64,000 nt of DNA from Octopus sinensis (GCF_006345805.1 NC_043006.1:49042001-49106000); one strand, 5' to 3'; positions 1 through 13,484 are shown, counted from the stretch's first letter. The notes: generated from the sequence alone by a model not told the origin. A program made the numbers and translations.

Positions 1-712
1 ACCAATATTTTGCAGTTATTGCAGAATTTATATATCAGAAAATTTAATCTTTTTTTTTTATTCATTTTTTATCAAACACACCTTTTACTCTTAAATAAAC
101 CCCCAAATCTTTTATTCATCCGTATTTTGATTATTTAGACATTATCAGGTTAATCAAGCAATCAAGTCATTAAAATAATTTTTTTTTTTCTTTTCACATG
201 TTGTAAATCAATTATGAGTATAATGTGACCTACAGGACTTCTTGAATGACACATCGATGAAAAATTACCTTGAAATTTTTTTAATAGTGTAACCCACCTG
301 ATAATGAGTCATGTTTCATAAAGCCTACTTCTTGAAAAAAGGTTACTCATGCTTGCCCCAAATCACAGGATAATATACCCACATATAAAAAAAAACAGGT
401 TCACTACAGCACAACTGCCATTCAAATAAATCTCCAATCATCTATTTCTATACCATTGAAATACAAGAAAAGGTGATCTAGACAAGAGATCTTACTCGTC
501 ATCTTTTAACTCCGACCCTGAATAAGATACCTAAAATAACTTTGAATGTTCCAGTTTGTATGACTTAAAAAAATATATAAATAAATAAATAAATAAATAA
601 AAACTCAAGTCCAACAGAAATAAGCGGTGGCCTTTATCTGTAAAAAGGTATCCAATAAATGGATGAAACTTGCGTACTCTGAGGAGGAAGGAATTAGAAA
701 TCCAGATATTTT

Positions 713-1118
713 TATTCTTTTACTTGATTCAATCATTTGACTGCGGCCATGCTAGGGCATCGCCTTTAGTCGAACAAATCAACTGCAGGACTAATTCTTT
801 GTAAGCTTAGTAATTATTCTCTTTTGCCAAACCACTAAGTTACGGGGACATAAACACACCAACATCAGTTTTCAAGCAATGGTGGGAAGACTAACACAGA
901 CACACAAACACACACACACATATATATATATATACATACACACACACACACACATTATGGGCTTCTTTCAGTTTCCGTCAACCAAATCCACTCACAAGGC
1001 TTTGGTCGATTCGAGACTATAGTAGAAGACACTTGCCCAAGGTGCCACGCAGTGGGACTGAACCCGGAACCATGTGGTTTGTAAGTAAGCTACTTACTAC
1101 AGGGCCACTCCTGTGCCT
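713..1118 (-). mobile_element. SINE family A (tRNA-like head, ccttgggcaag domain, internal microsatellite)
   Basis: Matches more than 20 dispersed copies in the window. Head GGAGTGGCTGTGTGG...GGTTCAGTCCC (box A/box B-like); tail gactgaaacaagtaaaaga. Confidence 0.8.
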
Positions 1119-1414
1119 TTCTTACTTCACCACTGTATTGGTAAAGTTTAAGAATTTAAAAGGATAACCTTCATTCACAAGTTATAGAAACTCACAGAAC
1201 CAGTTTCCTGGTTTCTGCAGTGTATATATCCACCATCCCTGGATGAGACGCTGATCCATCACAGGAATACTCATTTTTGCCAATTGAATGGACTGTACCA
1301 ATGTGAAATTAAGTGGCTTGCTCAAGAACAATGCATCACCCAGTCTGTGAATCAAAACCACAATCTTATAATCACAAGTTCAGGGTCCTATTAACTAAGC
1401 CACATACCGACCCC

Positions 1415-1605
1415 TTTTAGCATGCTGGACGAAATGCTTAGCAGTATTTCGCCCATCGCTACTTTCTGAGTTCAAATTCTGCTGAGGTCGACTTTGCTTT
1501 TCATCCTTTCAGGGTCGATGAATTAAGTACCAGTGAAACACTGGGGTCAATGTAATCGACTTATCCTCTTCCCCAAAATGGCTGCCCTTGTCGCAAAATT
1601 TTAAA
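1415..1605 (+). mobile_element. SINE family B. Other monomers (approximate): 5885-6112(-), 10670-10860(-), 13770-13985(-), 17130-17320(-), 20325-20494(-), 29495-29635(-), 29930-30128(-), 39955-40110(+), 41915-42092(-), 45470-45690(-), 51440-51565(+)
   Basis: Shared gagttcaaattc...gtcgactttgcctttcatcc...taagtaccag...gtcgatgtaatcgac core. Confidence 0.8.
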
Positions 1606-1606
1606 C

Positions 1607-1832
1607 ATCACCATCATCACTTAATATCCGCTTTTCATGCTAGCATGGGTTGGACGGTTTGACTGAAGACTGGCAAGCCAGTAGGCTGCACAGGGCTCCA
1701 ATCTGATCTGGCAAGGTTTCTACCATTGGGTGCCCTTCCTAATGCCAACTTCTCCAAGAGTGTAGTGGATGCTTTTTACGTGCCACTGGCACAGACGCTA
1801 GTCAGGGGGCACTGGCAACCATTATTATTATT
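1607..1832 (-). mobile_element. RTE 3'UTR fragment
   Basis: Reverse complement of the same 3'UTR (catgctagcatgggttggacgg...gcccttcctaatgccaac). Confidence 0.75.
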
Positions 1833-2447
1833 ATTATTATCATTATGCTACATATATATATTATTTTATGAAACATGGCAATTTGCTCTGTTTTCAGTTC
1901 TCACAGGCAACTCAGCCACTAGGTTGGAGAGAGGGGTATTGTAGCCCCTTCACATGAAAAATTAGTTTTAAACTGCAGATAACCAGAAGTCAATGAACTC
2001 AGAAATAATAAACAACACCTCTCTATCTCTCTCTCTTTCTGTGACCTCTGTAAAGCTGGTAAAATGATTGCTGCCTTTTATTTAACCCAGGCAAATAACC
2101 ATCTATTATTCACAGATAATCCCCATTAGCAGATATTTAATAGAATATTTAAATACTCAACAAAAGAAGTGTAAAGCGAACATTTTAGACCTCCCTCAAC
2201 ACAAATATTAAATAATAATAATAATAATAATAACAACAACAATAATAATAAAAGCCAAAATACAAGCAAAATCAACAACAGATCTCTTTCTCTCTCTCTC
2301 TTTTCCATTTGACCTTAGGCAGGACACATACATTAACCTACTTGCTCAGTTCATTCAATTGTTTATCTTCTGCAGATGTATAAAAAAAAATGCATTTTGG
2401 CCCACTGAGTTATAGCTGACCTGAAATACATCTATACTAAGCTGGCT

Positions 2448-2661
2448 ATTACTCTTTAACTCTTTTACTTGTTTCAGTCATTTGACTGCGGCCATGCTGG
2501 AGCACCGCCTTTAGTCGAGCAAATCGACCCCAGGACTTATTCTTTGTAAGTCTAGTACTTATTCTATCGGTCTCTTTTGCCGAAACGCTAAGTGACGGGG
2601 ATGTAAACACACCAGCATCGGTTGTGAAGCGATGTTGGGGGGACAAACACAGACACACAAA

Positions 2662-2713
<52 letters not shown>

Positions 2714-2893
2714 CATATATACATATATACGACCGGCTTCTTTCAGTTTCTGTCTACCAAATCCACTCACAAGGCTTTGGTCAGCCTGAGACTATGGTAG
2801 AAGACACTTGCCCAAGGTGTCACGCAGTGGGACTGAACCAGGAACTATGTGGTTGGTAAGCAAGCTACTTACCACACAGCCACTCCTGCACCT
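2448..2893 (-). mobile_element. SINE family A, full length
   Basis: Near-consensus copy with (TA)n core. Confidence 0.9.
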
Positions 2894-2921
2894 ATTGATA
2901 AGGAATATTAGATAGTCCTAT

Positions 2922-3590
2922 TGGTTGTGTGGCTGAATTGGATAGAAAGCACCATCTTAAAGCATTGTTCTAAATATTCATATGAATGGTTGTATGATTA
3001 TAAGAAGTCTGCTTTCCAACCACATGGTTTCAGGTTCAGTTCCACACTGTAGCACAACTCCAGCAAGCATTTTCTACACAAGTCCCCAAGCCTTGTGAAT
3101 GAATTTAGTAGGAGGAAACTGAAAGAAGCCCATCAGGTGTGTGTGTGCATACAAATGTTTTATAGTGAGCTTGTAAATTCATGATGCAATGTAGGCCAGC
3201 CAATTCTACAATATAAGGACAAATTCAAAGATAATTTGAAACACCTAAATATTAGGAAAGAAATCTTTCAGAATTTTTTAAGAAACAGACATAGGAGTGG
3301 CTGTGTGGTAAGTAGCTTGCTTACCAACCACATGGTTCCGGGGTTCAATCCCACTGTGTGGCACCTTGGGCAAGTGTTTTCTACTATAGCCTCAGGCCGA
3401 CCAAAGCCTTGTGAGTGGATTTGGCAGACGGAAACTGAAAGAAGCCCGTCGTATATATCTATATGTATATATATATATATGTGTGTGTTTATGTTTGTGT
3501 GTCTTTATGTTTGTGTGTCTTAGCAGCTTGACAAAAGAGACCGATTAGAATAAGTACTAGGCTTACAAAGAATAAGTCTTGGGGTTGATA
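2922..3590 (+). mobile_element. SINE family A: degenerate head (2922-3135) and second copy (3288-3590)
   Basis: Similarity to the family A head and body. Confidence 0.75.
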
Positions 3591-4540
3591 ATATATAATA
3601 TTAAATATAATTTAATATATAATGATTTATATTTAATCTTTCTATAATATGTAATTTTTCTAAATGGTATAATTTGATTTTTTGTTATTGAATTGATAAA
3701 AGGTGGGTTTTTTTCTGATGCTACTTAACATTGGTGTATTGTAAGAACACTAATACTGCAGTATTTGTCTTGAGAAAACATCTCCTATAGATTTCGAATG
3801 CTTAAAAGCTAACACACGTGAGTTCTGCTTTTAAGCACTAAACCTGTATACAAGATGCTTTTTCAAGATGACTACCATAGTATTACAATGTTCTTAACAT
3901 ACATCCACATTAATCAGGATGTGAAGACTTGCATTCACTGCAAATACTGCGACTGTCACTAATATCTAATGTGTTTGTGTCTACGTCTTGACACCACACA
4001 ACTGCTTCCACTATTCTGCGGAAACATATCTGGTTATGAGGAAATATTACCTTACTTGGGAACAGGTAAGAGTTAGTGATAGGAAAGACATTGAGCCATA
4101 GAAAATTTGCCTCAATAAACTCTGCTTGACCCTTGCAAGCACGGAAAAGATACTTGCATTAAAACAATGACTTACAGTTTTTATTTAAATTCTTATTCAA
4201 CTAGAGAGTAACCTGCCTTATGATGAGTAACTCTGAAAGTTGGCTTTTTTTTTTCCACCAAGGGTTAACGTCAGCAAATATGGCATACACACAATAATTA
4301 TAATGTAACTTTCATCAAATTTCTTGGTGCTTATACAAAATGATGATATGAAAACTTTTTTTTTTAAGGAAAAATATTTATTACTTTAAAATAAATTCCA
4401 ATAAAACAAATTTTTCATTTGTATAGTCACAATGAATATATGTTATTTCTTCTCTAAATTGTATCAACATCTGCTCCATTAAAAACCTTATCTCTGTAAA
4501 AATTTATTAAAATACTTGTATTTTTCAGAAAGTCATCATT

Positions 4541-4680
4541 GCCTGCCACCAAGCCTTGGGTATGCACTCATCCTGCACCTCCTACGTTAACCCTCTCTGT
4601 ATCTCTCTTTTACTCTCTCCATATGAGGTAAAGCATAACTGGAGAAATTAACCAATCAACCAACCAATATTTGTATCAGC
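4541..4680 (+). repeat. Dispersed repeat of about 140 bp, second copy at 54700-54840
   Basis: cctgccaccaagcct...gcactcatcctgcacctc...ctctgtatctctcttttactctctc...ttgtatcagc in both. Confidence 0.75.
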
Positions 4681-5390
4681 TATTATTAAATAGAGCTTAC
4701 TTTTTATGGTGTTAAACAGGGGAGAATAGATATGAAATTGTTACAAAGAATGCCATCTCCAACTAGAATTAGAGTCCTGGTCCACACATCTGGGATAGTG
4801 CTTTACCTTATTCACATAACCGTCAACCTCTGGACTACTGACATGCTGTCTGCTCATAGCCTCTTCTTCAGAACTGGCTGATCTTCTGTCACTTCCATTT
4901 AATTCCACCTGACTCATTTATCTTCACTTGACTCTCCTCCTCATGTCATTCTTACAGTATCTACTCATTCATACCAGGTCTTGCATCAACCATTTTTTCC
5001 CAGTCCTTTTTTCCTAGGAATATCAGTTCTCCGGAAATCTCCACCTCCTCACATTTTTCTTGCAGCCATCAATTTGCACTTATTCAAGAATAACCGTCAT
5101 AAACTCATAAACTTTAGAAGGCCTCCAACGGCCATGGGCACAACCCTTCTCTCCAGACATAATAATTTATAAAAGAAAAAAAAAATCAAGAAAACTGGAA
5201 TGTTCCTACACCTTTATACAGAGAAACATCTCAGACAATATCTCAAAGATGACCCGGAATAATTAACAAAGAGTCCTTCTAACTCACAGATGTACTGTCT
5301 CTTCTTTCTGCCTCTTCTACTGAAACTTCAATGACCTCAGCATACAAGATTCTTTGAGGCCTAACTAATGTACATCTTCCCTTTCCTTCA

Positions 5391-5621
5391 TTAACCCTTT
5401 TGTTACCATATTTCTGTTGAGATGCTCTGTGTTTTTTTTCAATTAATTTTTAAAATAACAAAGAATTTAGTAAAATAACTTAGTTACCATTAAGCTAGTG
5501 TTAGGAACATAAATTGTGACTAAGGTTTGGTGGAAGATTTTAATCCAAAACTTATGAAAACAAGACATTTGTGCTACAGAGCTAGAGGCAGTTTCAGCCA
5601 GGTTGGTATCAAAAGGGTTAA
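5391..5621. mobile_element. piggyBac-like MITE (family F)
   Basis: TTAA-CCCTTTTG ... CAAAAGGG-TTAA; four similar copies of about 225 bp in the window. Confidence 0.85.
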
Positions 5622-5641
5622 GAATTGTTTCTCTATATATT

Positions 5642-5871
5642 TTAACCTTTTCGTTACAATATTTCTGTTGAGATGCTCTGTGTTTCTTTCAATTGATTTT
5701 AAATATAACAAAGAATTTTGTAAAATAATTTGGCTATCATTGAGCTAGTGTTAGGAACAAAAACTGTGACTAAGGTTTGGTGGAAGATTTTAATTCAGAA
5801 CTTTTGAAAACAAGACATTTATATTACAGAGCCAGAGCCAGTTTCAGCTGGGTTGGTATCAAAAGGGTTAA
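5642..5871. mobile_element. piggyBac-like MITE (family F), second adjacent copy
   Basis: TTAA-CCTTTTCGTTAC ... AAAAGGG-TTAA; about 20 bp from the previous copy. Confidence 0.85.
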
Positions 5872-6832
5872 ATATCTAATTTGTATGACAATAACTGCTT
5901 CAAATTTTGACACAAGGCCTGCAATTTTAAGGGAGGGTGTAGGTCAATTACATCGAAATCAGTGTTCAACTAGTATTTATCTTAGCGACCCCAAAAAGAA
6001 AGAAGACAAAGTCAACCTCAGCAAATTTGAACCTGGAACATAAGGAGTTAGAAATAATGGTGCTAAGTATTTTGCCTGACTAGTTATTGATTCCACCAAC
6101 TCACAACCTTAATTTGAAAGACAATAATAAATCCTATACAACCCTTGCTTCCCCCAGTTATTCTTCCTCAGAGCTGCAACCTTCTGAAATTCCTTGCACA
6201 GCCCTGTTGTTCTAGTAAGTATGAACCTACACAAGTTCAAACTGAATAAATAAATAAATACTGCATTAATTTCATAAGTCAGACGGAGTTTGCAAAGGTC
6301 ATGGTACTGCCTATTTGTCTCTCGTTACTTGATTTTAAAAAATGAATTGCAACAACACTTTATTATTGATGATAAAATTCAAAAGATTATATATTCAGAG
6401 ATATTCACCCAATAATTTCTATCACATGATGTAGCAGCAAAAATGTTCCGCAAGTTTCATCTATATCACAATTACAACGCATCAGATAGTTAAATAGTTA
6501 AGCAGTTGTTAGCTGGAGATTGGCTATTATCATCCTCCTTTAATATTTGCAGGTCAGACCATCTATACCATGAATTATTATTTACTCAAAACACAATGTG
6601 GTTTCAAACATAATGCAACCCTCTCCACTCTTTTTTTTTTTTCATACTTAAGTATAACACTACCCAAGGGTCTGACATCACTCAAAAGTATGTTACCCAA
6701 AGTCTATGAACTGTTAGAACCATTGGAGCGCTGGAATAAAATACCTCACAGTATTTGTTCCAATTCTCTGCACTGTGGGCCACTACAGCCACAACAGACA
6801 GTGCACCACCGTCAGCAGCTGACTCAAGTTCT

Positions 6833-7131
6833 CAGGGCTGTGGAGTCAGAGTCATGGAGTTGGAGTTGGAAACAATTAAGGGGTAGCTGGTGTTGGGGGC
6901 AGTAAAACTATACCAACTCTGATTCCAACTCACACTGTCTTTATTCTTTAATATAAACCAGCTATAACATATAGGCCTACTCAAAGTACAAGTGTATGCA
7001 TATGCTTTATGAGATATGTAGACCAAAATCACTTAATTACATAAAGTGGAGTCAGAGTCGAAATCAGAGTTGGAGTCGGAGGTGCCAATAGTGTCAGTGT
7101 CGAAGATTTTTGCTTCGACTCCACAGCCCTG
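6833..7131. mobile_element. MITE with 15-bp TIR CAGGGCTGTGGAGTC (superfamily uncertain, possibly hAT)
   Basis: Perfect 15-bp TIRs; subterminal GGAGTC/GGAGTT/AGAGTC hexamers; flanks caagttct / caattct (possible degenerate 8-bp TSD). Confidence 0.75.
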
Positions 7132-7419
7132 CAATTCTTCGGGCACAGATCCATGGTCTCTCGAGACCGACAGATGAATACTAACAGCACTGTGAATTCA
7201 AATTCCTAAAATCAACCTTGCCTTTCATCTTTTCAAAGAATTATAGGCCCACAGACAAATCAATACACTGGGCCTTATAGCAGTTACCTATTGACAACAA
7301 GCCACAGTGTACATAGATCAGAATTAGGTCCCTAGATCTATGAGACTCCTAGGCAACAGCCCACTATGCCCCAGCCTTAAGATGGCATTGTTGATATATA
7401 TACATACATCTTTTATCAT

Positions 7420-7948
7420 TAATTTGTTTCAGTCATTAGACTGTGGCCATGCTGGGGCACTGCCTTGAAGAATTTTTAATCAAATGAATCCATCCCAGTA
7501 CTTATTCTTTTCATAAGCCAGGTACTTATTCCGTCAGTTCTTTTGCCAAACCACTGAGTAACAGGGACATAAACACACCAACACAGCTTATCAAGCAGTG
7601 GAGTGGTGGAAACAAACCCACACACACACACATATACATACACACACACACACATATACATATATACACACACATATACACACACATATATATACACACA
7701 CACATACATACATATACACACACACATACATACATATACACACACACATACATATACACACACACACATATATATATACATATACACAATGGGCTTCTTT
7801 CAGATTCTATCTACCAAATCTACTCATAAGGCATTGGCTGGTCCAAGGTTATAGTAAAAGACACTTGCCTAAGGTGCCATGCAGTGGAACTGAACCCAAA
7901 ACCATGCAGTTGGGAAGCAAACTTCTTACCACACAGCTACACCTGCGC
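7420..7948 (-). mobile_element. SINE family A, diverged, with (CA/TA)n core
   Basis: Family A similarity with CpG decay. Confidence 0.8.
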
Positions 7949-10579
7949 ACATATATAAGAACGAGTGCAGGGTAATGGATTAAGAGAATTGTCAAAATAT
8001 CAAACTGATTTCAGCTTTAAGCATTCTGGGTTCAAATCCTGCCCTGTCATCAGAAAATGGTGACACTTTTGTCAGACGTTGCAACTGACAGACGGTATCA
8101 GGAATTTGAAAAAGAAGCAACAGAAACAGTTTCCTTGATTCAATTAATTGGAAGATCAACCACCATCGCTGCCACCACCACCACATTATGCTACAGACCA
8201 ATTCTGACCTTTATGTTTTGTATTAAATTTCCTAGATCACACATGAGTAAGTACTGTATCTCTTTCACTGATCGAGTGTGCTTTTTGGGGTACAAGCATA
8301 GTTAACCCTTGTTTTTGTCAATAACTATTTGTTCAGTGTGCACCTTGGTTTTATTAAAGTTTTCATCTTTTTTTTTTTTTTTAGTTTGCAATTCAATCTA
8401 AAAATTAAGCATTTTAAAACTGCTTCTCTAAAGAATTCTCAACCATTATTCTTAAAATTCCAAAACAGCAAGTTAACAATTATTTCTCTAAAATATATTT
8501 AGAGAAAATTTGTGGTATACAAACTGAATAAATATATAAATCTTCAGATCAGAGAAGCAGTCTTTTTTTTTTTTCTTAGTTTTTTTTATATTTTTTTCAA
8601 ATTTTCTCAATAGTCTTGAAACTGAATATCTGGAGACAGTAATATGTGTTGTTATTTTTTTTAGCTATTTTATTAGTTAAGGCACAAAATATATTCTAAT
8701 TGTTAAAGAAATAACACAAAAGATATTTCCATTCCTTTTGATGAATTGGAAAAGCGAAATGCACTTTCAAGAAAAAGACGGAAACAATATAATTTAGAAT
8801 AATTTATTAATTTTTATTCTCTACAAGAGGGAAAATTATATACAGTGAATGGATGAGAAGAAAAAAAGAAAGAAAGAAAAGAATATTATGATGGGCATGA
8901 ACAGCATAGAAAGCTCTAGAATATAATACTAACACAGAAATTATAGGAATTGTATAGTTGCAGGAAGAAATGCGAATATATAAGTATTTTATATTAATTT
9001 TATGAATAAAATACACATATATTTTTAGAAATTATGGGCATTAACATTCAAAGGGACAATTTTGCCCACTGTAATGTATTATTGGATTGGATAAATATAT
9101 CAAAGCATTCATTTATAAAGACTGTAACGAATGCTGTAATTTCATTTTGCACTGAAGTATAAATTATAATTTTATTAACTCCATTGCAAAAATTCATGAA
9201 GATTCTGAACCAAACTTAAGCATAGGTATAACAATCAACCCCAAAAAAGGAGCAAAAGGTATCGCAGACTTCCATACTTCCAAATCTCAGAAGCTTTGTG
9301 AAGGATCACTTATATAAAAACTGATGAACCAGTTTTATATAATCCGGTAGGAGAACAACTGAAGATGGACTGGAATTGCTTGTAAAATCTAGTAAAAGGC
9401 AAGTTCTTTGTAAGAGATGATAAGCTTTAATTCATTAAACTGTAATATTCTTCGCATATTTAAAGGTATTATTTTGATGTAGAATCTAAGGAGAAAGATG
9501 GATAAAGTTCGTTGTTTGAAGAAGCCATTGGTTAGATAGAGTAAGTCAAAGGACGACTTGTGATGTAGAAAAGAACACGCCAGTGGAGGCCTCTCCATCA
9601 GACAACGGAGTCTGGAGGTGCTTGCCAGGTTAACTTCTGGTGTAAGGAGTTGGATTTGATAATGAGCAGGTAAAAAGAAAGACAGCCCACGTCCATGGAG
9701 AGATTAACTGAACTCAAAGGGCTGGAAGAAGAAAGAACTTTTGCAGATGTTTAAAGAAAGAGAAAAAAATAGAAAAGAAAAGAAAAGAAAAGAAAAAGCA
9801 ATAGTGGATGAAAAGGACCAAAATGAGCTATTTACGTGTCACTTGTTGGTTTTCGTTTTGTTTGCTTGTATTTCAACCAGATTAAAAGCAAATCTATAAA
9901 ATGAATATTGAATTTAAAACAATATTGTCCATAAATTTCATTTGACTTTAACCAAAATTAAAAAGAAATTATTACGTTTTGTTTTCTCTCTCTCTCTTTC
10001 TCTCTCTTTTTTTTGTTTTTGTCTAACTCAGAAAACATTCAGGAGATTAAATTTATATTTAATATAAAATATTATTTTCCCCAAATCTCTTACTGCCACA
10101 TATTTACATATACATACATACATACATACATACATACTTCCGTACATACATTTACATACATACACACAACACAAGCTTTAGAAGAAAGTTTCTATTCAAA
10201 ATAGATAGAAACTAAATTAATCTTTCACATCTTTAAGAAATTGAATATTTTGAAATAGGAACAACATTGTTCACAGTAGAAGAAATAGTGGGATTGAATT
10301 CATAAGACAGGCACCATTTTCTGATAATGGATTTGACAACAGAAGACAAGACATCAAAAAAAAAAAAAAAAAATTCATATTCTCAATTTCTTGAATACAT
10401 TCCTGACAAATTAAATTTGCATGCTTGCACAGAGAATTAAAATTACTTCTGATACTTTAGAAAAGATAAACATACTTCTTTATTTTTCTGGTAAATAAAT
10501 GAGACAGGGAAAAAAAAAGCTAAACATATGGACAGATCTGATAGTTCTAATGTATTAGGAAACCAAACATTACACAAAG

Positions 10580-10616
<37 letters not shown>

Positions 10617-11016
10617 CATACATGAATATATATGCATATACATTTCTACGATGTTATAATTGTTGTTTACTATAGGCACAGTCTAAAATTTTTGGAGATG
10701 ATTACATAAGTCTCAGCACATGATGGGTACATATTTTATTACCCCCAAAAGAATGAAAAGCAGAGTTAACTTCATCAGAATTTGAACTCAATGTAAAGTT
10801 CAAAGAAATGCTGCTAAATATCTTGTCCAACCTGCTAATGATTCTGCTAGCTTACCACCTTTACCTGCTACATCATAATAAAATATATTCCCGTTTAACA
10901 CAATGCACTGAATACAATCTCTTTTGTTCATAAAATCACTTATATGTATATGTATGTATGTATATATATATATATTATATATATATATATAATATATATA
11001 TATATATATTTATATA

Positions 11017-11512
11017 ACAAATGCTGGGCCTCACAGAGACAATGGCGAAAGACTGAGACCTCTGAAGATATGCTGTGACTGTGAAGACCCAACAAATAAA
11101 GTGAGTTCATGGCTGTATCCTACACCAGCATCACACAACCGGCCCCAGCCCATTCAAAGTACTTTGGATCACAGGATGGCAACCTGCTGTGCTTGAGGAG
11201 ATCTATTGAGTCAAGTGCATCAACATCAAAATAAAAATCAAATGGAATTGTAGTTGTGATACCCATGCTGGTGGCATGTAAAAAGCACCAACCGATTGTG
11301 GCCATTGCCAGCCTACTCTGGCCCCTATGCCGGTGGCATGTAAAAAGCACCCACTACACTCACAAAGTGGCTGGCATTAGGAAGGACATCCAGCTGTAGA
11401 ACCACTGCCAGATCAGACTGGAGCCTGGTGCAGCCTCCTGGCTTCCCAGACCCCAGTCGAACTGTCCAACCCAAGCTAGCATGGAAAACAGACATTAAAC
11501 AATGATGATGAT
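11017..11512 (+). mobile_element. 5'-truncated RTE-family 3' end
   Basis: Starts MLGLTETMAKD*DL*RYAV (homologous to the 24.4 kb copy), shares the 3'UTR (aggaaggacatccagctgtaga...gctagcatggaaa) and a GAT tail. Confidence 0.75.
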
Positions 11513-12085
11513 ATATAATATCATCTGGGTAATAAACTTATAGCATGCTTTACAAAGCTCCTATACGGGTATCAGATATTATATGCTATCATACAGCAGG
11601 AATTCTCCTTTTACTGGATATACATATGGAAATCCCAATCTTCCCTTGTTAGCCTGAGCAAGAATACTTTGCAAATCGAGAATCTGAGAAGCTCAAACAG
11701 AGCTCAATCTATACATTACCAACAATTTAAATGTAAAAACAAAATGTTGTCTTTCTTATCTAAATAGAGTGATGGGCATACCATAGAAACATAACCGGTA
11801 AAATTTAATGAAGTCTAGATCCAGATTGCCAAATTCTTTAGCTTATAATTGGCATTCATTTTTTGCTTGACTAAAAAGCAAACATGTCAATGGGCATACA
11901 AACAGCCAAATAACCTGGTTTTAAAATAACACAATATGAGATAATATATGCTTATATAATATAGTATGTACACTATACGATGTGATATAATACCTATGCT
12001 ATACGCAGTTATATAGTACCTGGTATATGATGGAATAAACAGAGCAAATTTCACATGACACTATATGAATATATATAAGCTAACA

Positions 12086-12129
<44 letters not shown>

Positions 12130-12139
<10 letters not shown>

Positions 12140-12310
12140 ATATATGTTTGTGTGTTTGCGTCCCCATAACTTAGCAGTTCAGCAAAAGAGACCAATATGA
12201 TAAGTACTAGGCTTGCAAAGAATAAATCCTGGAGTCGATTTGCTCGACTAAAGGTGGTGCTCCAGCATAGCCACAGTCAAATGACTGAAACAAGTAAAAG
12301 AGTAAAGAGT
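12130..12310 (+). mobile_element. SINE family A, 3' half
   Basis: cataacttagcagttcagcaaaagagacc...gactgaaacaagtaaaagagtaaagag. Confidence 0.8.
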
Positions 12311-12435
12311 ATGGGATTATCAATCCAGGTAAAATACTTCATAAGCTCTCTGTTGGCACACCAGGATAACAATATTGTTTGGATTAGTGAAGAACTCCAA
12401 GTATTCTTATAGCAGGGTCCAAAGTTACGGTTCAT

Positions 12436-12476
<41 letters not shown>

Positions 12477-12655
12477 TATATTACATGATGCCATATAGTA
12501 CAATTGTTGCATGAAGCAATATAGTTCATCTATGTAATAATATTGTATGTGTTATATGGTGTAATATTATGCCTATGTTATATGGTATAAGAAACAAGAC
12601 ATTTCAGAAATAACCAAGATTTTAACACACAAATCCCTTCAAGAAGTTTCTCAAA

Positions 12656-12693
<38 letters not shown>

Positions 12694-13046
12694 CAGCAAG
12701 TGCTGTTCCACATTTATATATACATCATGTATATATAAATCTAGTCTAATGTTGTTTCAAGTGTATATATTATCTTATAGCGATATATCGTTTTACGAAT
12801 TAAAATACACTGTTTACACATAATTTTATTAGCAACATTGTTGGCATTATCAGTTGGGTTTTCAGGATTTACTAATGGCACATTCCCAGTAATAACAGGT
12901 GTTGATTTGTAGATTTGATTAAATGGTTTTGAATTCAGAGTTTACAACAGCCATGATATAATGTTCCTAAACAAGGCACATAACTCTGCTAACATCAGTC
13001 TGCCCGACTGACAGAGTAGGTCCCATTCCTACTTCAAGGTTTAGAG

Positions 13047-13484
13047 CAATGGTTTTCAACCGTTTCTTTGCCTATGGACCCCTTTGATTCCTATTTTATT
13101 CCACTGGACCTACAGAGCCATTGACTGTATATATAAAAAGAGATCCTATAAATATTATTAGGAATTGTATTTTTAAAAATTAAAATATTTTGTGTATTAT
13201 AGAAGTATAATTGATTTATTGCACATAAATCCTAAGAGCAAAATCTTATATGGACTCTCAAAGGTCATATGGACTCCCAAAGGTCATATGGACTCCCAAA
13301 GATCATATGGACTCCCAAAGATCATATGGACTCCCAAAGGTCATATGGACTCCCAAAAGTCATATGGACTCCCAAGAGTCATATGGACTCCCAAAGGTCA
13401 TATGGACGTCCCAAGGATCATATGGACTCCCAAAGGTCATATGGACCCCACAAAGGCTATATGGATCCCTGTTGAAAACCACTG
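13047..13484. mobile_element. Non-autonomous hAT (Charlie-like) DNA transposon with internal 19-bp minisatellite
   Basis: TIRs caatggttttcaac / gttgaaaaccactg; perfect 8-bp TSD GTTTAGAG (13039-13046, 13485-13492); 12 starts of the ATATGGACTCCCAAAGGTC unit at 13248-13466. Confidence 0.9.

Noticed and set aside
8236-8246. Plus-strand micro-exon-like cctag|ATCACACATGA|gtaagt; similar at about 21034-21054 and 41041-41048
   Set aside because: Isolated splice-like motifs with no partner exons or gene context.
9150-9740. Possible very old LINE RT fragment (minus; ...NTFKYA..., LHGRGLSFFL)
   Set aside because: No YxDD or other decisive motif readable; needs an HMM search.
12780-12945. Minus-strand protein-like open frame of about 50 codons (TLNSKPFNQIYKSTPVITGNVPLVNPENPTDN...)
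   Set aside because: Begins directly after TAA, with no AG acceptor or early ATG.
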